A DNA stretch of 64,000 nt from an uncultured Acidobacteriota bacterium (GCA_963836075.1 CAWIIB010000009.1:1376001-1440000), one strand, 5' to 3'; positions 32,854 to 44,102 are shown, numbered from the stretch's first letter. Translations and numbers: made by a program. Notes: generated from the sequence alone by a model not told the origin.

Positions 32854-33447
32854 TCATATCCTACCCGTTTTAAGGCAATGATCCATCATCTGTCGGCCCC
32901 GGTTGAGGATCACATACATGTTTTTCGCCTTGATTCCCACCCGCCGGCAAATTTCGTCGGTGGTGAAGCCCTGAAATCTCAAGTTCATCACCCTGGAGTA
33001 ATGAGCGTTCTTTTGGGTCATCTTCCGCAGACAGGCCACCAGATCTCGTTCCAAAACGGGATCGACGCTGCCAGATCCGGCCACTTCCCGGCTCTCTTCT
33101 GCATCGAGTGAATCTGTTTGGTTCTGTTTCACTTTTGGCCTCTGCAAGTAATTCCCGATCTTATTTTTCAGCACCTGATGGGCCCAGGCTGCCGGACTTT
33201 TGTGGAATACGGCTTTCTTGTATTTTTCCAGGACGGTGATACAGGCTTCCTGGGCCAGGTCCTCTGCGTCCTCTCCCACTGTTCTTTTGGCGATGAAGGT
33301 GAATCTTACAAAAAGATGCTCATACAACGCACTCTCGGCATCGGTGTCTCCGGTCAAGGCACTTTCGATCAGCTGGGCCGTATTGTGTTGTGGGCTGGTC
33401 ATGCGATCTCGATCTGCGGGCGATGGTCTGAGCGAATCGTCGATCAT
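32854..33447 (-). CDS. ECF sigma factor (start uncertain)
   Basis: AEDLAQEA, WAHQVLKNKIGNY, GFTTDEIC..NRGR. Confidence 0.88.
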   Translation of the reverse strand: MIDDSLRPSPADRDRMTSPQHNTAQLIESALTGDTDAESALYEHLFVRFTFIAKRTVGEDAEDLAQEACITVLEKYKKAVFHKSPAAWAHQVLKNKIGNYLQRPKVKQNQTDSLDAEESREVAGSGSVDPVLERDLVACLRKMTQKNAHYSRVMNLRFQGFTTDEICRRVGIKAKNMYVILNRGRQMMDHCLKTGRI

Positions 33448-33525
33448 CGAATTTTCAATGCCAGTAAAACTATCGATTTTTTCCGGTATATGCAAGCGGT
33501 GACCGGGCTGATAGGTATCTTCCTA

Positions 33526-34446
33526 TCAGGCCGGGTCACCCAGAAGGATAAAGGCCGCCCAGAACCTGGGATTCTGGAATGGATACGCCGCGCCACTCCC
33601 GTTGTCCGTGCCCAAGTGCTTCTTCGCTTCATCGGCCAGCAGGGTTTTCAACCATCTCTTTGCTTCCTGAAGCGCTTCGGCCTTGGGCATTCGCGCTCCT
33701 GGATCGTATTCCGATCCGGCAAGCGAGCGAGGTGTTTGAAATGATCGCAGCAGGTTGGTGTAGAACCGCTGCATCAGCAGCATGGTGGCCTAGTCATCGA
33801 CTTTCCATAGACTCAGGAGAAGGCTGCGGGCCCCGGCGATAAAGAGGGCCTGGGGAAATCCGAGGAATCCCTCACCGCCCGCCTCCCGGCCCAGGGTTGT
33901 TTCACGGCCGCTGAGGGTGACCAGTTCGGCATCCAGCTTCCAGGTTCTCACGATTTGCTCCGCGGTTAGCTGTCCATCAAAGACTTCGTTCCCCTCCGCC
34001 ACCTGGGCCAACCTATCCGGCAACTGTTCCTGATATAGGATCAGGGCGGAACGCATGGCCGATCGGTCATCCATCACGCCATGAGTGGCCAGATGAAGAA
34101 GCTGGTATTCCCGCAGTTCACCCGACTCAACCATTTTCACCAGCGTTTGCTCGCTGGCTTCCGGTCCGAGAAGTTTTTTGAGCCGATGGTTCTTGCAGGC
34201 CTTCAGGAATAGTTCACTGATGGTCTCCACTTCGCGGCGGGTGAATGGCAACGGGTCAAACCACGTACCGCTTGTGCCGCGCAGGGCGCTGTCGAGCCGG
34301 CGACTGGCCCTAGGTCTTCGGGGCCGGCCAATTCGAGTTTGCCGTAGGTGAGCAGAACATCTCCGGACCGTAGACCCCCCGTGAAAGGCATTGGATCCGA
34401 GTGAAATCATCGCGATGTAGACACCATGATCCGGTGGTTCCGGCAT
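33526..34446 (-). pseudogene. CHAT-domain protein remnant
   Basis: HLATHG, LWKVDD-stop-AT, FWAAFILLG; in-frame TAG at 33790-33792, catalytic Cys replaced (LSGRET), 5' end lost next to IS200. Confidence 0.85.
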
Positions 34447-34484
34447 GGATTCCGCGTCGGCTTTCGGTTCCGTGCGCCTGGTCT

Positions 34485-35060
34485 AATCCTACCGTCTTTC
34501 AGACAGTCAACTTTCAGTATAGGATGAATCTCCGAAGGAGAGCCATGCCATGACAGCTGAATACAAGACGAGCGGACATGCGATCTTTGATATCCAATAC
34601 CACCGATATTGGTGTACTAAATATCGTTATCTGGTATTATGTGGGGAGATTGGCCGAAGGTGCCGCGACCTGCTCCGTCAGATCGCCATGGCCCGTAATG
34701 TGACGATAATCCGAGGTGTGTTCGCACCGGATCATATCCATATGTTGGTTGCGTCACCGCCGTCGTTAGCGCCGAGCAAGCTTGTTCAATACCTGAAGGG
34801 TCGCTCATCACGTAAGCTCCAAATGGAGTTCGAAGAACTGAATCGGCGCTACTGGGGTCAGCCTCTGTGGGCCAGGGGCAACTTCTGCTCGACAGTTGGA
34901 ACCGTGACCGATGAGATTATCAAGAAGTACATAGAAGAGCAGAAGTGGGAAGACGACGGTGGCAAGGGATTCAAGATAGTGCCGGAGTAGCGCCATTTTA
35001 GTGGCTCCCGCAACTATTAATCGCATTACAACCCACCGGCTTTAGCCAGTGGTGGTTCAG
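34485..35060 (+). mobile_element. IS200/IS605-family element (tnpA only); ends approximate
   Basis: Y1 transposase ORF and subterminal hairpin CCACCGGCTTTAGCCAGTGG. Confidence 0.8.
34550..34990 (+). CDS. tnpA: IS200/IS605 Y1 transposase
   Basis: YH..WCTKYR, DHIH (HUH), LKGRSS, LWARG, IKKYIE. Confidence 0.95.
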   Translation: MTAEYKTSGHAIFDIQYHRYWCTKYRYLVLCGEIGRRCRDLLRQIAMARNVTIIRGVFAPDHIHMLVASPPSLAPSKLVQYLKGRSSRKLQMEFEELNRRYWGQPLWARGNFCSTVGTVTDEIIKKYIEEQKWEDDGGKGFKIVPE

Positions 35061-35094
35061 TGTGAGAAGTCATGCGAGGAATGGAATCGACGTG

Positions 35095-38000
35095 ATGAAA
35101 TACTCATCGAAGATCAATCTGGCCCTCTCCGTAATTTTTTGCTGTCATCTCATGTTTTCCTCCGGCCTTTGCTTGGCGGAAGATACCTCGGCCGAGAGGA
35201 CGTTCCAGACGAAGATAGAAGTGATGGTTGCTCTGCTGGAAGACAAGCAATTGGATCAGGCTGAAAAGAAAGGGGAGGAGCTTCTGGAAGAGGCGAAGCA
35301 GGAATTTGGTGAATCTTCCGCCATGGTCGCTCGATTGCTGGTTGTTCTCAGCAAATGCAGCAAGGAACGGGAGGACCATTCAACACGCGAGAAGCTGCTT
35401 CTTGAAGCTGTCGCCATACGCGAGAAGATTTTTGGGGCTGACCATCTGGAAGTGGGTGAGTGCCTGTTCAATCTGGCCACACTCAAAGAACGGCAGGGGC
35501 AGTATCCTGAAGCTGAATCGTATTTTGAGCGGTGCGAGAAGATCTACGAGCAGAACCAAGGCTCGGATCATCCTGACCTGGCAGTGGTCCTGGATAGTTT
35601 CGGGATCCTCTACGCCAAGATGGGGCAGTATGGAAGAGCGGAGCCGCTGTATCAGCGAGCACTCAATATAAGGCAAAAGGCATTTGGCCCGGATGATATC
35701 AATGTTGGCAGGACTCTCAACAACCTGGGTATTCTGTATTGGCAGCAGGGGAAATTCAACGAGGCAGGGGCTTTTATTGAGCGGTCACTGAAGATTTCCG
35801 AAAAAGTAAAGGGGCCTGAAAGCATCGAGGTGCTCAAAGCTCTGAGCAACCTGCTGATCATCAATGCGGTTCAGGGGAAATTGGGAGAGGCTGAAATTCT
35901 GGGTAAGCAGGCGGTGGCGCTCTCGGAGAAGATACGCGGGCCTGATCATTACAGTGTATCCCTCAATCTGTCCAACCTGGCGAATGTCTATGTTGATCAG
36001 GGCCGACCAGAGGAATCCCTTCCCTTGCTCGAGCGGGCACTGGCGATTCGTGAAAAAATTCTGGGGCCGGATCATCCACAATCGGCTATCGTTCTGCAAA
36101 ACCTGGCAACACTCAATATGAAACTAGGGAAATACTCTGAAGCGGAACCGATCTTCAGGCGAATTGTCGAAATCAGGGAGAAATCCCTAGGGCCGGATCA
36201 TCCTCACCTGGCGCTTGGTCTGGGAGGATTGTCTGAAAACTATTGGGTGAGAGGGATGCTGGAAGAGGCTGAATCAACAAACAGACGTGCTTTGGATATC
36301 AGGGAAAAAGTTCTTGGTCTGATCCACCCTGATACGGCAGAGACACTGGGTCGACAGGCCCTCTTATTTGGTGATATGGGCGAGATGAAGAGCTGTTTGA
36401 CCTACCTTAAAAAAGAGCATCTATCGAGGCAGGCCTTTATCGAGTATGCCTTCTCCTATGCATCTGAAGATCAGAAAATGCGTTACATTGAAAAATATTA
36501 TTTACTTTCCAGCGATCTTCTTGCTTTTACCTTGTCGGTTGAGGATTCGGCTTCCACTGGCAACCCTGAGGCGCTGGACAGAAATACCTGCGAGGATTTT
36601 AAAAGCCTGGCCTTGGAAATGATCCTGAAATCCAAATCCGTGGTGATCGATGCCATATCGGTTGAGCGGCAGCGGGCCAGATGTTCATCTGATGACCGGA
36701 TTCTGGGGAAAGTGGAAGAACTCGATGAGGTGTGTAGCCGGATATCAACATTGACCTTTGAAGGATTGGAAAATCCTGGTCCATTGGATAGTCACCAGGA
36801 AATCGCGGAACTCTACCAGTTGAAAGATATGCTGGAGAGAGATCTGAGCCAGGATTGCGCCGAGTTCAGGGATGATCTGGCCTTGAGGAAGTTCACTGTT
36901 GCCGATGTGGCCGAGGCCCTTCCCCGGGGAAGCGTTCTCTGGGAATTCATCCGGTGCGTGATTCCAACCCGAAACTATTCCACGGGGAGGATTCAGATCA
37001 TCAATAACGCCAGATACCTGGCGTTCACCCTGGATGGAGATGGCATAATCACCGCTGTCGACCTTGGAGATGCGGACGAAATCGATCGTTTAGTGCAGGC
37101 GGCCAGGGAGCAGGTCGATAAGTCCCGCACCCATGCTTATACACCGTTCGCTGTTGAGTCAGAGAAGGAGCTGAAGAAGACCACCGGCCAATTGTATGAT
37201 CTGCTATTCGCGCCTCTTGTGGCCACGCTGAGTGAAAAGAGGGATGTCATCATCTCCCCAGATGGCCAGCTGAACCTCCTGCCGTTTGAAATCCTGCCAT
37301 GCTCCGACAGCGAGTATGCTGTTGAGAAATACAAGATCAGTTATGTCTCATCGGGCAGAGACCTGCTCAAGTTTCAACGACAGCGGGATCACAGCAATTG
37401 GTCACTGGTGATGGCCGCTCCGGATTTCAACGCCTCGGGAGAGGAGCCGAGCCCGCAGAGCGGAACATTGGTGGCCCAATCTCTCGATCTCAACTATGTG
37501 CCCGGGCGTTCGCGCGGCGCCAGCGAGTGTTTGACTCAAACATTCAACCCGATCCCCTACAGTGTGCAGGAAGCCAATTCGATTATGGCCCGGCTCCGAC
37601 TTTATCCGGGAATGGAGGTCCACTATCTATCTGGTGGTGAAGCCATGGAAGAGGTGCTGAAGCGCCTGGATCGATCGCCAAGAATACTCCACCTGGCTAC
37701 CCATGGGTTCTTTTGTGAGGATCTGGATTGTCAGGATGATACTTGCCTGGAGAACCCGCTGCTCCGGTCCGGCCTGGCCCTGGCCGGTGCGAATCTTTCC
37801 AGGCCGGGGAAGAAGCCGGGTGGAAAGATTGATGCGCCCACTGGTGAAGATGGACTGTTAACCGCTTTTGAGGTTTCCGGCCTGAGCCTGGAGAACACGG
37901 AGTTGGTTGTCCTGTCGGCCTGCGAAACTGGTGTGGGTGAAGTCAAGAATGGTGAAGGTGTGTATGGGCTGCGGCGCAGCTTTCTGCATGCTGGTTCACA

Positions 38001-38208
38001 AACGATTTTAATGAGCCTGTGGAAGGTGCCGGACAAGGAAACCGCTGAGCTGATGGATCGGTTTTACCGGTACTGGGGTGAAGGTTATTCGAAGAAGGAG
38101 GCCCTGCGCCTGGCGGAGTTGGACCTGTTGCAGGCCCATCAGCGGGAGCATGGCCACGGTCTTCCCTTCTTCTGGGGTGCCTTTGTCGTGCTGGGCGACT
38201 CAGGCTAG
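35095..38208 (+). CDS. Signal-peptide TPR-CHAT (caspase-like) protease
   Basis: Signal peptide, TPR array, ISPDGQLNLLPFE, HLATHG (His) and LSACETG (Cys) dyad, FWGAF. Confidence 0.93.
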   Translation: MKYSSKINLALSVIFCCHLMFSSGLCLAEDTSAERTFQTKIEVMVALLEDKQLDQAEKKGEELLEEAKQEFGESSAMVARLLVVLSKCSKEREDHSTREKLLLEAVAIREKIFGADHLEVGECLFNLATLKERQGQYPEAESYFERCEKIYEQNQGSDHPDLAVVLDSFGILYAKMGQYGRAEPLYQRALNIRQKAFGPDDINVGRTLNNLGILYWQQGKFNEAGAFIERSLKISEKVKGPESIEVLKALSNLLIINAVQGKLGEAEILGKQAVALSEKIRGPDHYSVSLNLSNLANVYVDQGRPEESLPLLERALAIREKILGPDHPQSAIVLQNLATLNMKLGKYSEAEPIFRRIVEIREKSLGPDHPHLALGLGGLSENYWVRGMLEEAESTNRRALDIREKVLGLIHPDTAETLGRQALLFGDMGEMKSCLTYLKKEHLSRQAFIEYAFSYASEDQKMRYIEKYYLLSSDLLAFTLSVEDSASTGNPEALDRNTCEDFKSLALEMILKSKSVVIDAISVERQRARCSSDDRILGKVEELDEVCSRISTLTFEGLENPGPLDSHQEIAELYQLKDMLERDLSQDCAEFRDDLALRKFTVADVAEALPRGSVLWEFIRCVIPTRNYSTGRIQIINNARYLAFTLDGDGIITAVDLGDADEIDRLVQAAREQVDKSRTHAYTPFAVESEKELKKTTGQLYDLLFAPLVATLSEKRDVIISPDGQLNLLPFEILPCSDSEYAVEKYKISYVSSGRDLLKFQRQRDHSNWSLVMAAPDFNASGEEPSPQSGTLVAQSLDLNYVPGRSRGASECLTQTFNPIPYSVQEANSIMARLRLYPGMEVHYLSGGEAMEEVLKRLDRSPRILHLATHGFFCEDLDCQDDTCLENPLLRSGLALAGANLSRPGKKPGGKIDAPTGEDGLLTAFEVSGLSLENTELVVLSACETGVGEVKNGEGVYGLRRSFLHAGSQTILMSLWKVPDKETAELMDRFYRYWGEGYSKKEALRLAELDLLQAHQREHGHGLPFFWGAFVVLGDSG

Positions 38209-38541
38209 TGTCGGAAAATGATCTTCCTGGTCGGTCGGCTGCATCCTGGCGGATCGTTGGGTCAACATCTCCGCAAAAAACTGCCCTACACCACAAAACC
38301 GAGGGCACAAGAACTTGAGATGTGGTGACGCAGACCCACGGAAGGTGTACCCCGCCAGCGAGTTTTGATCGACGCTGATGCTCGATTTTGCCTCGGTTTG
38401 ACGTCCCTCCAACCAAACTGATTGGTGAACTCTCCGGAAATATACGGGATGCTATCGCGATAGCGGTTAGAGGCTGATTTCATCCGCTTCGGACAGACAT
38501 CGCGATGACGAGGTATGGACGGCAAAGATCAGTGACGCGGT

Positions 38542-39845
38542 TCAGGCTGCCTTCCGCAGCTCGATCACGGGCAGATGCTTACTCCCTTCCAGGTAACCGA
38601 TAACCAGATTCAGCCGCACCCCTCGTTGTCCCTCAATCCTCGTTTGCGGTGCGGCGCATCGACTTTCAACTGGCCATTTCGGTCGTGGCTCGAATCTTGG
38701 GTTCGCGTTCCGAGGGGGTAGATCGAAGTAGACTTCCCTTGGTGTCTTTCCCGCGAGCCATTCATCCGGCCGGTGTTCGTTGTACCAGCCGGCATACAGG
38801 GACAGCTCATCTCTCATGGCCTCAAGACGCATTGGAACAAGAATCCTACGTGTACACTCACCCTTCACCGATCGGATACACCTCTCAACGACAGCGATGC
38901 TTCCGTGCTTGTTAACGGCACCATATCGAGGCTTGATACTACTTTGGTCACACCAATCCTTGAAGACTTCTCCAATGAAAACGGGACCTTGATCTGTGAT
39001 GATGTATTTTGGTCCTCGTCCGACTCTTCGAACAACTCTGTTGAGGAAATCATAGATGTCGATGGCAGATGGATGCTTCGGGAATACTGCAAACCCGATT
39101 ATTAGCCGGGAGAAATGGTCGACGACCACCGCCACCCACCAGCAGAAGGGCCACGCTTGGTTTAACGAAAACGGTATCCAGGGCACCCCAAAGCCTGCCC
39201 TCGTCGGAACAACGGTCATATCCACGTGATAAGTGATAAGCATGATTCGGATACTTGGCCGTCACTACACGCGTGGTGATGCCTTCTTCAACTTGTTCCA
39301 TCACCTCGGCCAGCGGTTCGTCACTTTTCAACATCCTTCGGATGGTCGTCGCACCGAGGTGAAGTCCTGCTCGTGCCAATTTTCGGGCGATGCGTTCATT
39401 GCCCATCGAAGGGAAGAACAGCTTTTTCTGACAAACGATGTATCGAACAAATTCAGGGAATTTGTTCACAGGCACTTGTAACCGAATCAGTGCCCTCTCC
39501 CCTTCCTCATCGACTCGTCTCAGCCACGAGGAAATCATCTGTTCGTTGAGCATTAATACTGCTGCAGCTTGTCGTGTCGACCACCCTCGTGCGGCCTTGA
39601 GTTTCAATATCCGCATTCTCTCATTGGGACGATAATAGGGACGCCGTTGGGGGTGGACACGCCCGAACCGGGCATCCTTGATGCTCCTCATTGAGAAGAG
39701 CGATTTCACTCTTTGCCTCATCCAGTTCGGCCTTCAGACGGACCAGCCTGTCGGCTCTCTCAGCTGCCCATCCACGGGCAGATGTATAAACCATCGAGGC
39801 AAGTGAGATGGTATGGAGAACAGCGGACTTAATGTGCTGTGCCAT
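38542..39845 (-). pseudogene. DDE/rve integrase-core transposase split by two frameshifts
   Basis: HVD.T, VDHFSR, ITDQG, VERCIRSVKGE, WYNEHRP across three overlapping frames. Confidence 0.8.
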
Positions 39846-40109
39846 CGTTTTGGAAGGGAAATATCGGTGATTTGGGCCATTTGGGTCCGCCACGAACTCT
39901 CTTACGCCCAGCATCACAGAGGATAATATAAGTCTTTTTGATCTTAGATGTTACATTCCAAGTTGGAGGTCTGATTCGGCACACTAAACTCGGTGGCGGA
40001 TTACACTCTACCCGATCCGCCGAAGTGGCAGAAAGGCGCACAGCCGGCAACCGCACACACAAATCGGGGGAGGTGGTTCCCCACCTCCCCCGCGATGGTG
40101 TTGAAAAGC

Positions 40110-41969
40110 CTAGGGCATGATGCCTTCGATCGTGCAGGAATCGAATCCGGTGTCTCCCGATGGTTGATAGGGCGGCTGATTGTATGGTTCCGGCGTCACG
40201 TCCTGGGCATAGAGTGAAAAGACATTGTCGCCGATCATGAATGACTGGGCGGGAATGGTCATGGTCCAACTCGACTGGAATACCTGCCCGCCGGTCAAGT
40301 TGGTGTAGCCGCGACGCCAGTTGTTCACGAATTGGCCGCTGGCCAGATCAACGGTCAGCAGCCCGGCGATACTTCTGGTCTCGTCGCTGTTATTGGTCAT
40401 GCTCACCGACAGCTGGGTGGCAAAGGGAACGGTTCCCGAGTTGGGAACGCAGGTGAGAGCAGCAGTGACCGTCCCCTCCTCGATCCCCTCCATCCAGATA
40501 TCGTCCAGATACCAACCGTTATCGTTACTAAAACTTCCGGATGTGATACAGAAAGCGATTCTGATGGTCATACCTTTGTATGCGAACAAATCGACATAGA
40601 CCTGTGACCATTCCCCACCGTTCCCATCAAAAGGTTCCCCAACAGCGATCCAATCCCCCGCCTCGGTGACTACATAGACCTGTCCCTGATCATCACCCAG
40701 ACGGAACCAATGTTTGAAGTAAAGACCCGGATATTGGCCGACCTCATCGGTGAGAGTGAACTCCAGGCTGAGCAGACAGCTGTTGGCGCCACTATAGTAA
40801 TTCCCGTCAAGCACCGTGCCGGCACAATTGACCGGTGAGGGACAATCCTCAGGGCCCACTGTCGGCTCGCCGATTTGCCAGAGGCCGTTGGTGGCGCTCC
40901 AGAATCCAGGGCCTGACTCGAAATTCTCCGGATTCGGATAGACCACTGGACCGAAGAAGAGCGATACATCATCGATATACCAACCGCTGTCAGTGCTAAA
41001 GGATCCTGATGAAAAATAGAAGGAAAGGCGAATCGTGGAACCAGCATAGGCAGTGAGATCCACAACGACTTGTGTCCACTCCAGGCTGTCACCATCAACC
41101 GTACCATGTACCGTTTGCCAACTGCCCCCGTCGACCGAGATCTGGACGTATCCTGCATCATCGCTCAGGCTGAACCACTGCCAGAATAGCAGCAGGATTT
41201 TGCTATTGCTCGACCGGTCAGCAGGCAAGGTGGTCTCCGGGCTGACCAATCTTGTGTTCGCACCGTCTGAATAATTGCCGCCAAGGACAGTCCCGGCGCA
41301 ATCGGTACCTGAGTGACCTGCACTTGGTCCCACGGTGGGAGTTCCCACTTGCCACAAGCCATTGTCCGCGCTCCAGTCCCCAACGCCCAGTTCGAAGTCC
41401 TCTGGATTGGGGTATTCCACCGGATCATGACGGATGGCCACATCATCCACATACCATCCAAGGGCTGTACTAAAACTGCCGGAAGTAAATCTGAAAGCAA
41501 CATCCACGGTCAAGCCGGCATAATCGGACAGATCCACATAGACCTGGGTCCAGGCCGAACTGGTTCCGTCGAACGGGCCGTGCAGCGTTTGCCACTCACC
41601 ACCCACCTCCTTGATCTCGACATATCCCTGATCATCGCTCAGGTTGAACCAGTGCCAGAACTGCAGACGGATCTTTTCATCACCGCTGATTGTCGGCAAT
41701 GCAATGTGCGGACTGATAAGACTAGTGTTTGAACCGTCCGGGTAGTTGCCGCTCAGGTTGGTGGCCGCACAATCAGTGGGCGAATGGCATTCAGGCGGGC
41801 CGGCGGTTGGCGTACCAACGTCCCAAACACCGTTGTTGGCCCACCAGCCATTCCAGCCATACTCGAAGTCATACTGGTAGACCACATCGGCGGAGACGGG
41901 AAAAGAAATCATGAGAAATAGAGCAGAAACGACCAGCAGAGAACGACACGGATTGAAGTTGTTCACCAT
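40110..41969 (-). CDS. Secreted protein with three ~155-aa jelly-roll-like (MAM/choice-of-anchor-J-like) repeats plus the novel C-terminal domain
   Basis: Repeat DFE.G...W...NG.W.VG.PT.GP..C..C..Y..N..L.SP..D.GYV..DL..Y.G..GWY.DD; signal peptide. Confidence 0.85.
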   Translation of the reverse strand: MVNNFNPCRSLLVVSALFLMISFPVSADVVYQYDFEYGWNGWWANNGVWDVGTPTAGPPECHSPTDCAATNLSGNYPDGSNTSLISPHIALPTISGDEKIRLQFWHWFNLSDDQGYVEIKEVGGEWQTLHGPFDGTSSAWTQVYVDLSDYAGLTVDVAFRFTSGSFSTALGWYVDDVAIRHDPVEYPNPEDFELGVGDWSADNGLWQVGTPTVGPSAGHSGTDCAGTVLGGNYSDGANTRLVSPETTLPADRSSNSKILLLFWQWFSLSDDAGYVQISVDGGSWQTVHGTVDGDSLEWTQVVVDLTAYAGSTIRLSFYFSSGSFSTDSGWYIDDVSLFFGPVVYPNPENFESGPGFWSATNGLWQIGEPTVGPEDCPSPVNCAGTVLDGNYYSGANSCLLSLEFTLTDEVGQYPGLYFKHWFRLGDDQGQVYVVTEAGDWIAVGEPFDGNGGEWSQVYVDLFAYKGMTIRIAFCITSGSFSNDNGWYLDDIWMEGIEEGTVTAALTCVPNSGTVPFATQLSVSMTNNSDETRSIAGLLTVDLASGQFVNNWRRGYTNLTGGQVFQSSWTMTIPAQSFMIGDNVFSLYAQDVTPEPYNQPPYQPSGDTGFDSCTIEGIMP

Positions 41970-42695
41970 TGGAATCTCTCCTTGAGCACACGGTCTGTCG
42001 AGCGAATGTTCCAACAGCGCGAACATCTCGCGGCAGAACCGGTTTAGCGTGATAGATATCGATCAATAGCGATAAATCAACGTCGACCGGGCCTGACGCT
42101 GGTGATGAGGCCCAGAGGGGATCCAGGTTTCTAAATCATGATGACGGCCCTCCCTGTTTATTGACGTGCCAGCCTGGTATCAGCAGTTCACAGAGTCTGA
42201 AACGATCTCAGGGACATGCACCTGATGTTTGGTGGCTACAACACATATTTGGGGTCTCCGGACAATCTAACAATATTTTCCAAAAATCATGCCGAGGCTC
42301 TGATCAGGACAATCAGAAGCGGAGATGATTCCAGAGAACATATGCACGCAAAGTCCCGAAGGCACTGACATTAAATTTCCAGAATGATGAGTTGGGCAGT
42401 TGTGCCAGGATTGAATTCTTCCTGAACCAATATTTTGCAATATTATGTAAACACATTTAGTTTTGTCAATGGCATGTAGAGAAAAGTAATTCTCCTCTCG
42501 CATGGCCGGTGGCTTCAGGAAGGCCCCTGAGGGGGCGTTCAACTTTAGTGGAATCCCCTTTGATATATAATGTTTTCCTTATCTGGAGCCAGTTTAAATT
42601 TCGGCTGCCGGCACCCCCTGCCTCACCGAATACCATGGAATAAATTTACGAAATGTTGCGAGGGAGTCCGTCTTCGGTTCTCAGTTGGCGACATG

Positions 42696-42819
42696 CCCCC
42701 TGACGAAAATCCTCACCCGGGCACAAAAACCCCCGCCAGGCTTTCACCCGGCGGGGGTTTGTCATGCGAACTCAGTTGAAGTGATCAGCTGTCAGAGCCG
42801 GACCGGCCGCCACGGCCGG
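42696..42819 (-). repeat. Copy 2 of pnp 3' end plus terminator plus ~25-bp shared arm
   Basis: Matches 46449-46570, including CCCCT.ACG.AAATCCTCACCCGG beyond the terminator. Confidence 0.9.
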
Positions 42820-42865
42820 CGCCACCATTGTGACCGCGTTCACCGCCCTGAGGGCTCCCTGGCCC

Positions 42866-43406
42866 TCAGTCGTCACCGAAAAACTCCTCCAACCAGAGAC
42901 GAAAGGTCAGGGATCCACGTTTCTCGTTCAGCAGGTAAGGACGCAACTCATCAGTGAACCGGTCTTCGAGAATCTTTCGGTCCAGGGTACCTTTGCTAAC
43001 GAGGAACGAGACGTCCGAACGGTCACGGGGACTGTTTCTGGACAGCTTGGCCAGTACGAGATCATGAACGTCAAAGTGACAACAACCTGATCCGTTCGAG
43101 ACGGGCCGGAGTGATGTCGACAAGCCTTTCGACATACCCCTCCGGGTATTCAGCAATGGTCACCCACTGAAAAAACAGGCCATATTTCATTGCCAGGGCA
43201 CTACCTTCACCTGCCAATTCAAGCAGTGCGGCGGCAGCGTCTGAGGGCCTTATTTCGATGAAATCAACGTCAGCCGTGGGACGCGGCAGCCCCCAAGGAG
43301 CTAACAGGGAGAACCCGCCGAGACAATGGACCGTCACCGGCCGTCCCATCGCGCCATCCGCGTCGACCAGAAAACTCAACCACGGTTCAGGGATGTGACC
43401 CGGCAT
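42866..43406 (-). pseudogene. DUF6036-like nucleotidyltransferase (frameshift at about 43074-43076)
   Basis: CLGG..PRPTADVD, YPEGYVERL, then DVHDLVLAKL.RN..RD..DV in the shifted frame. Confidence 0.7.
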
Positions 43407-44091
43407 AGGGCAGGTGCTCCATTTTCAAATCCGTCAGAAGGTTCCAGTAGGCCGCTTCTGCCGATCGGTTTTTCCGGACCCAGGCTGCCATGCCCCGGCT
43501 CATCTCGCCACCGCCGTATGTGCCCTCGCTGGCCAGCCGGGAAGGCTTGAGCATCTCTTCAAGCGCTTCCAGGGAACGGGAACGATGCCTGAATTCTGGG
43601 TTATGATGGGCAACGTTTCGAGCCAGTGACACCGTGAACCCCAGCCGGTTCTGCAGATCCCGTGACTTGGCTTCCGCGACCAGCCTGGCGGAATCAAAAT
43701 CCTCGAACTGCAGAAGAAGCCAGGCCAGAGCTTCGCTGAGCCTGGGGTCGAGCCGCTGGAGGGCCAGTGCCCTCAGGAGAAGCTCGGCTGGATGCCGTTT
43801 CCGTCCGGGCCTGGACAAATACCTGAACCCCGGATATCCCAACCGGGCGAGATTCCCAGCGATCCAATCCTCATCCACCGGTTTATTCAGCACCCTTGCC
43901 GGAGGCAGCGGCAAAACCGTGGCCGGCAGCCGAAGCAAACTCGCCACCCGCCGCGCCATGCGCTCCGGCACCGGACGTCTTCCCCTCTCCATCATTGAGA
44001 CATAGGCCTGCGCAACGCCCAATCGGGCGGCCAGGCGAGCCTGGTTCCACCCCGAATCCTGCCTGTACTGTCGTAAGCGATTTCCAGTCAT
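43387..44091 (-). CDS. XRE-HTH protein with extended C-terminal domain, putative antitoxin
   Basis: WNQARLAARLGVAQAYVSMMERG; overlaps the nucleotidyltransferase gene. Confidence 0.8.
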   Translation of the reverse strand: MTGNRLRQYRQDSGWNQARLAARLGVAQAYVSMMERGRRPVPERMARRVASLLRLPATVLPLPPARVLNKPVDEDWIAGNLARLGYPGFRYLSRPGRKRHPAELLLRALALQRLDPRLSEALAWLLLQFEDFDSARLVAEAKSRDLQNRLGFTVSLARNVAHHNPEFRHRSRSLEALEEMLKPSRLASEGTYGGGEMSRGMAAWVRKNRSAEAAYWNLLTDLKMEHLPYAGSHP

Positions 44092-44102
44092 ATCGATATT
44101 GA

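Larger units (their letters stand above)
31889..42695. mobile_element. Genomic island B between pnp-end repeats
   Basis: Flanked by pnp 3'-end repeats, visibly lower GC, contains IS elements and CHAT/ECF cargo; no integrase found. Confidence 0.7.

Noticed and set aside
33783-33792. Amber readthrough (pyrrolysine or recoding) in the CHAT gene
   Set aside because: The same gene also lost its catalytic Cys and its 5' end; TAG is used as a normal stop elsewhere in the window.
42030-42470. Riboswitch in the long leader of the 41969 gene
   Set aside because: No aptamer consensus that I can recognise; an Rfam/Infernal search would be needed.
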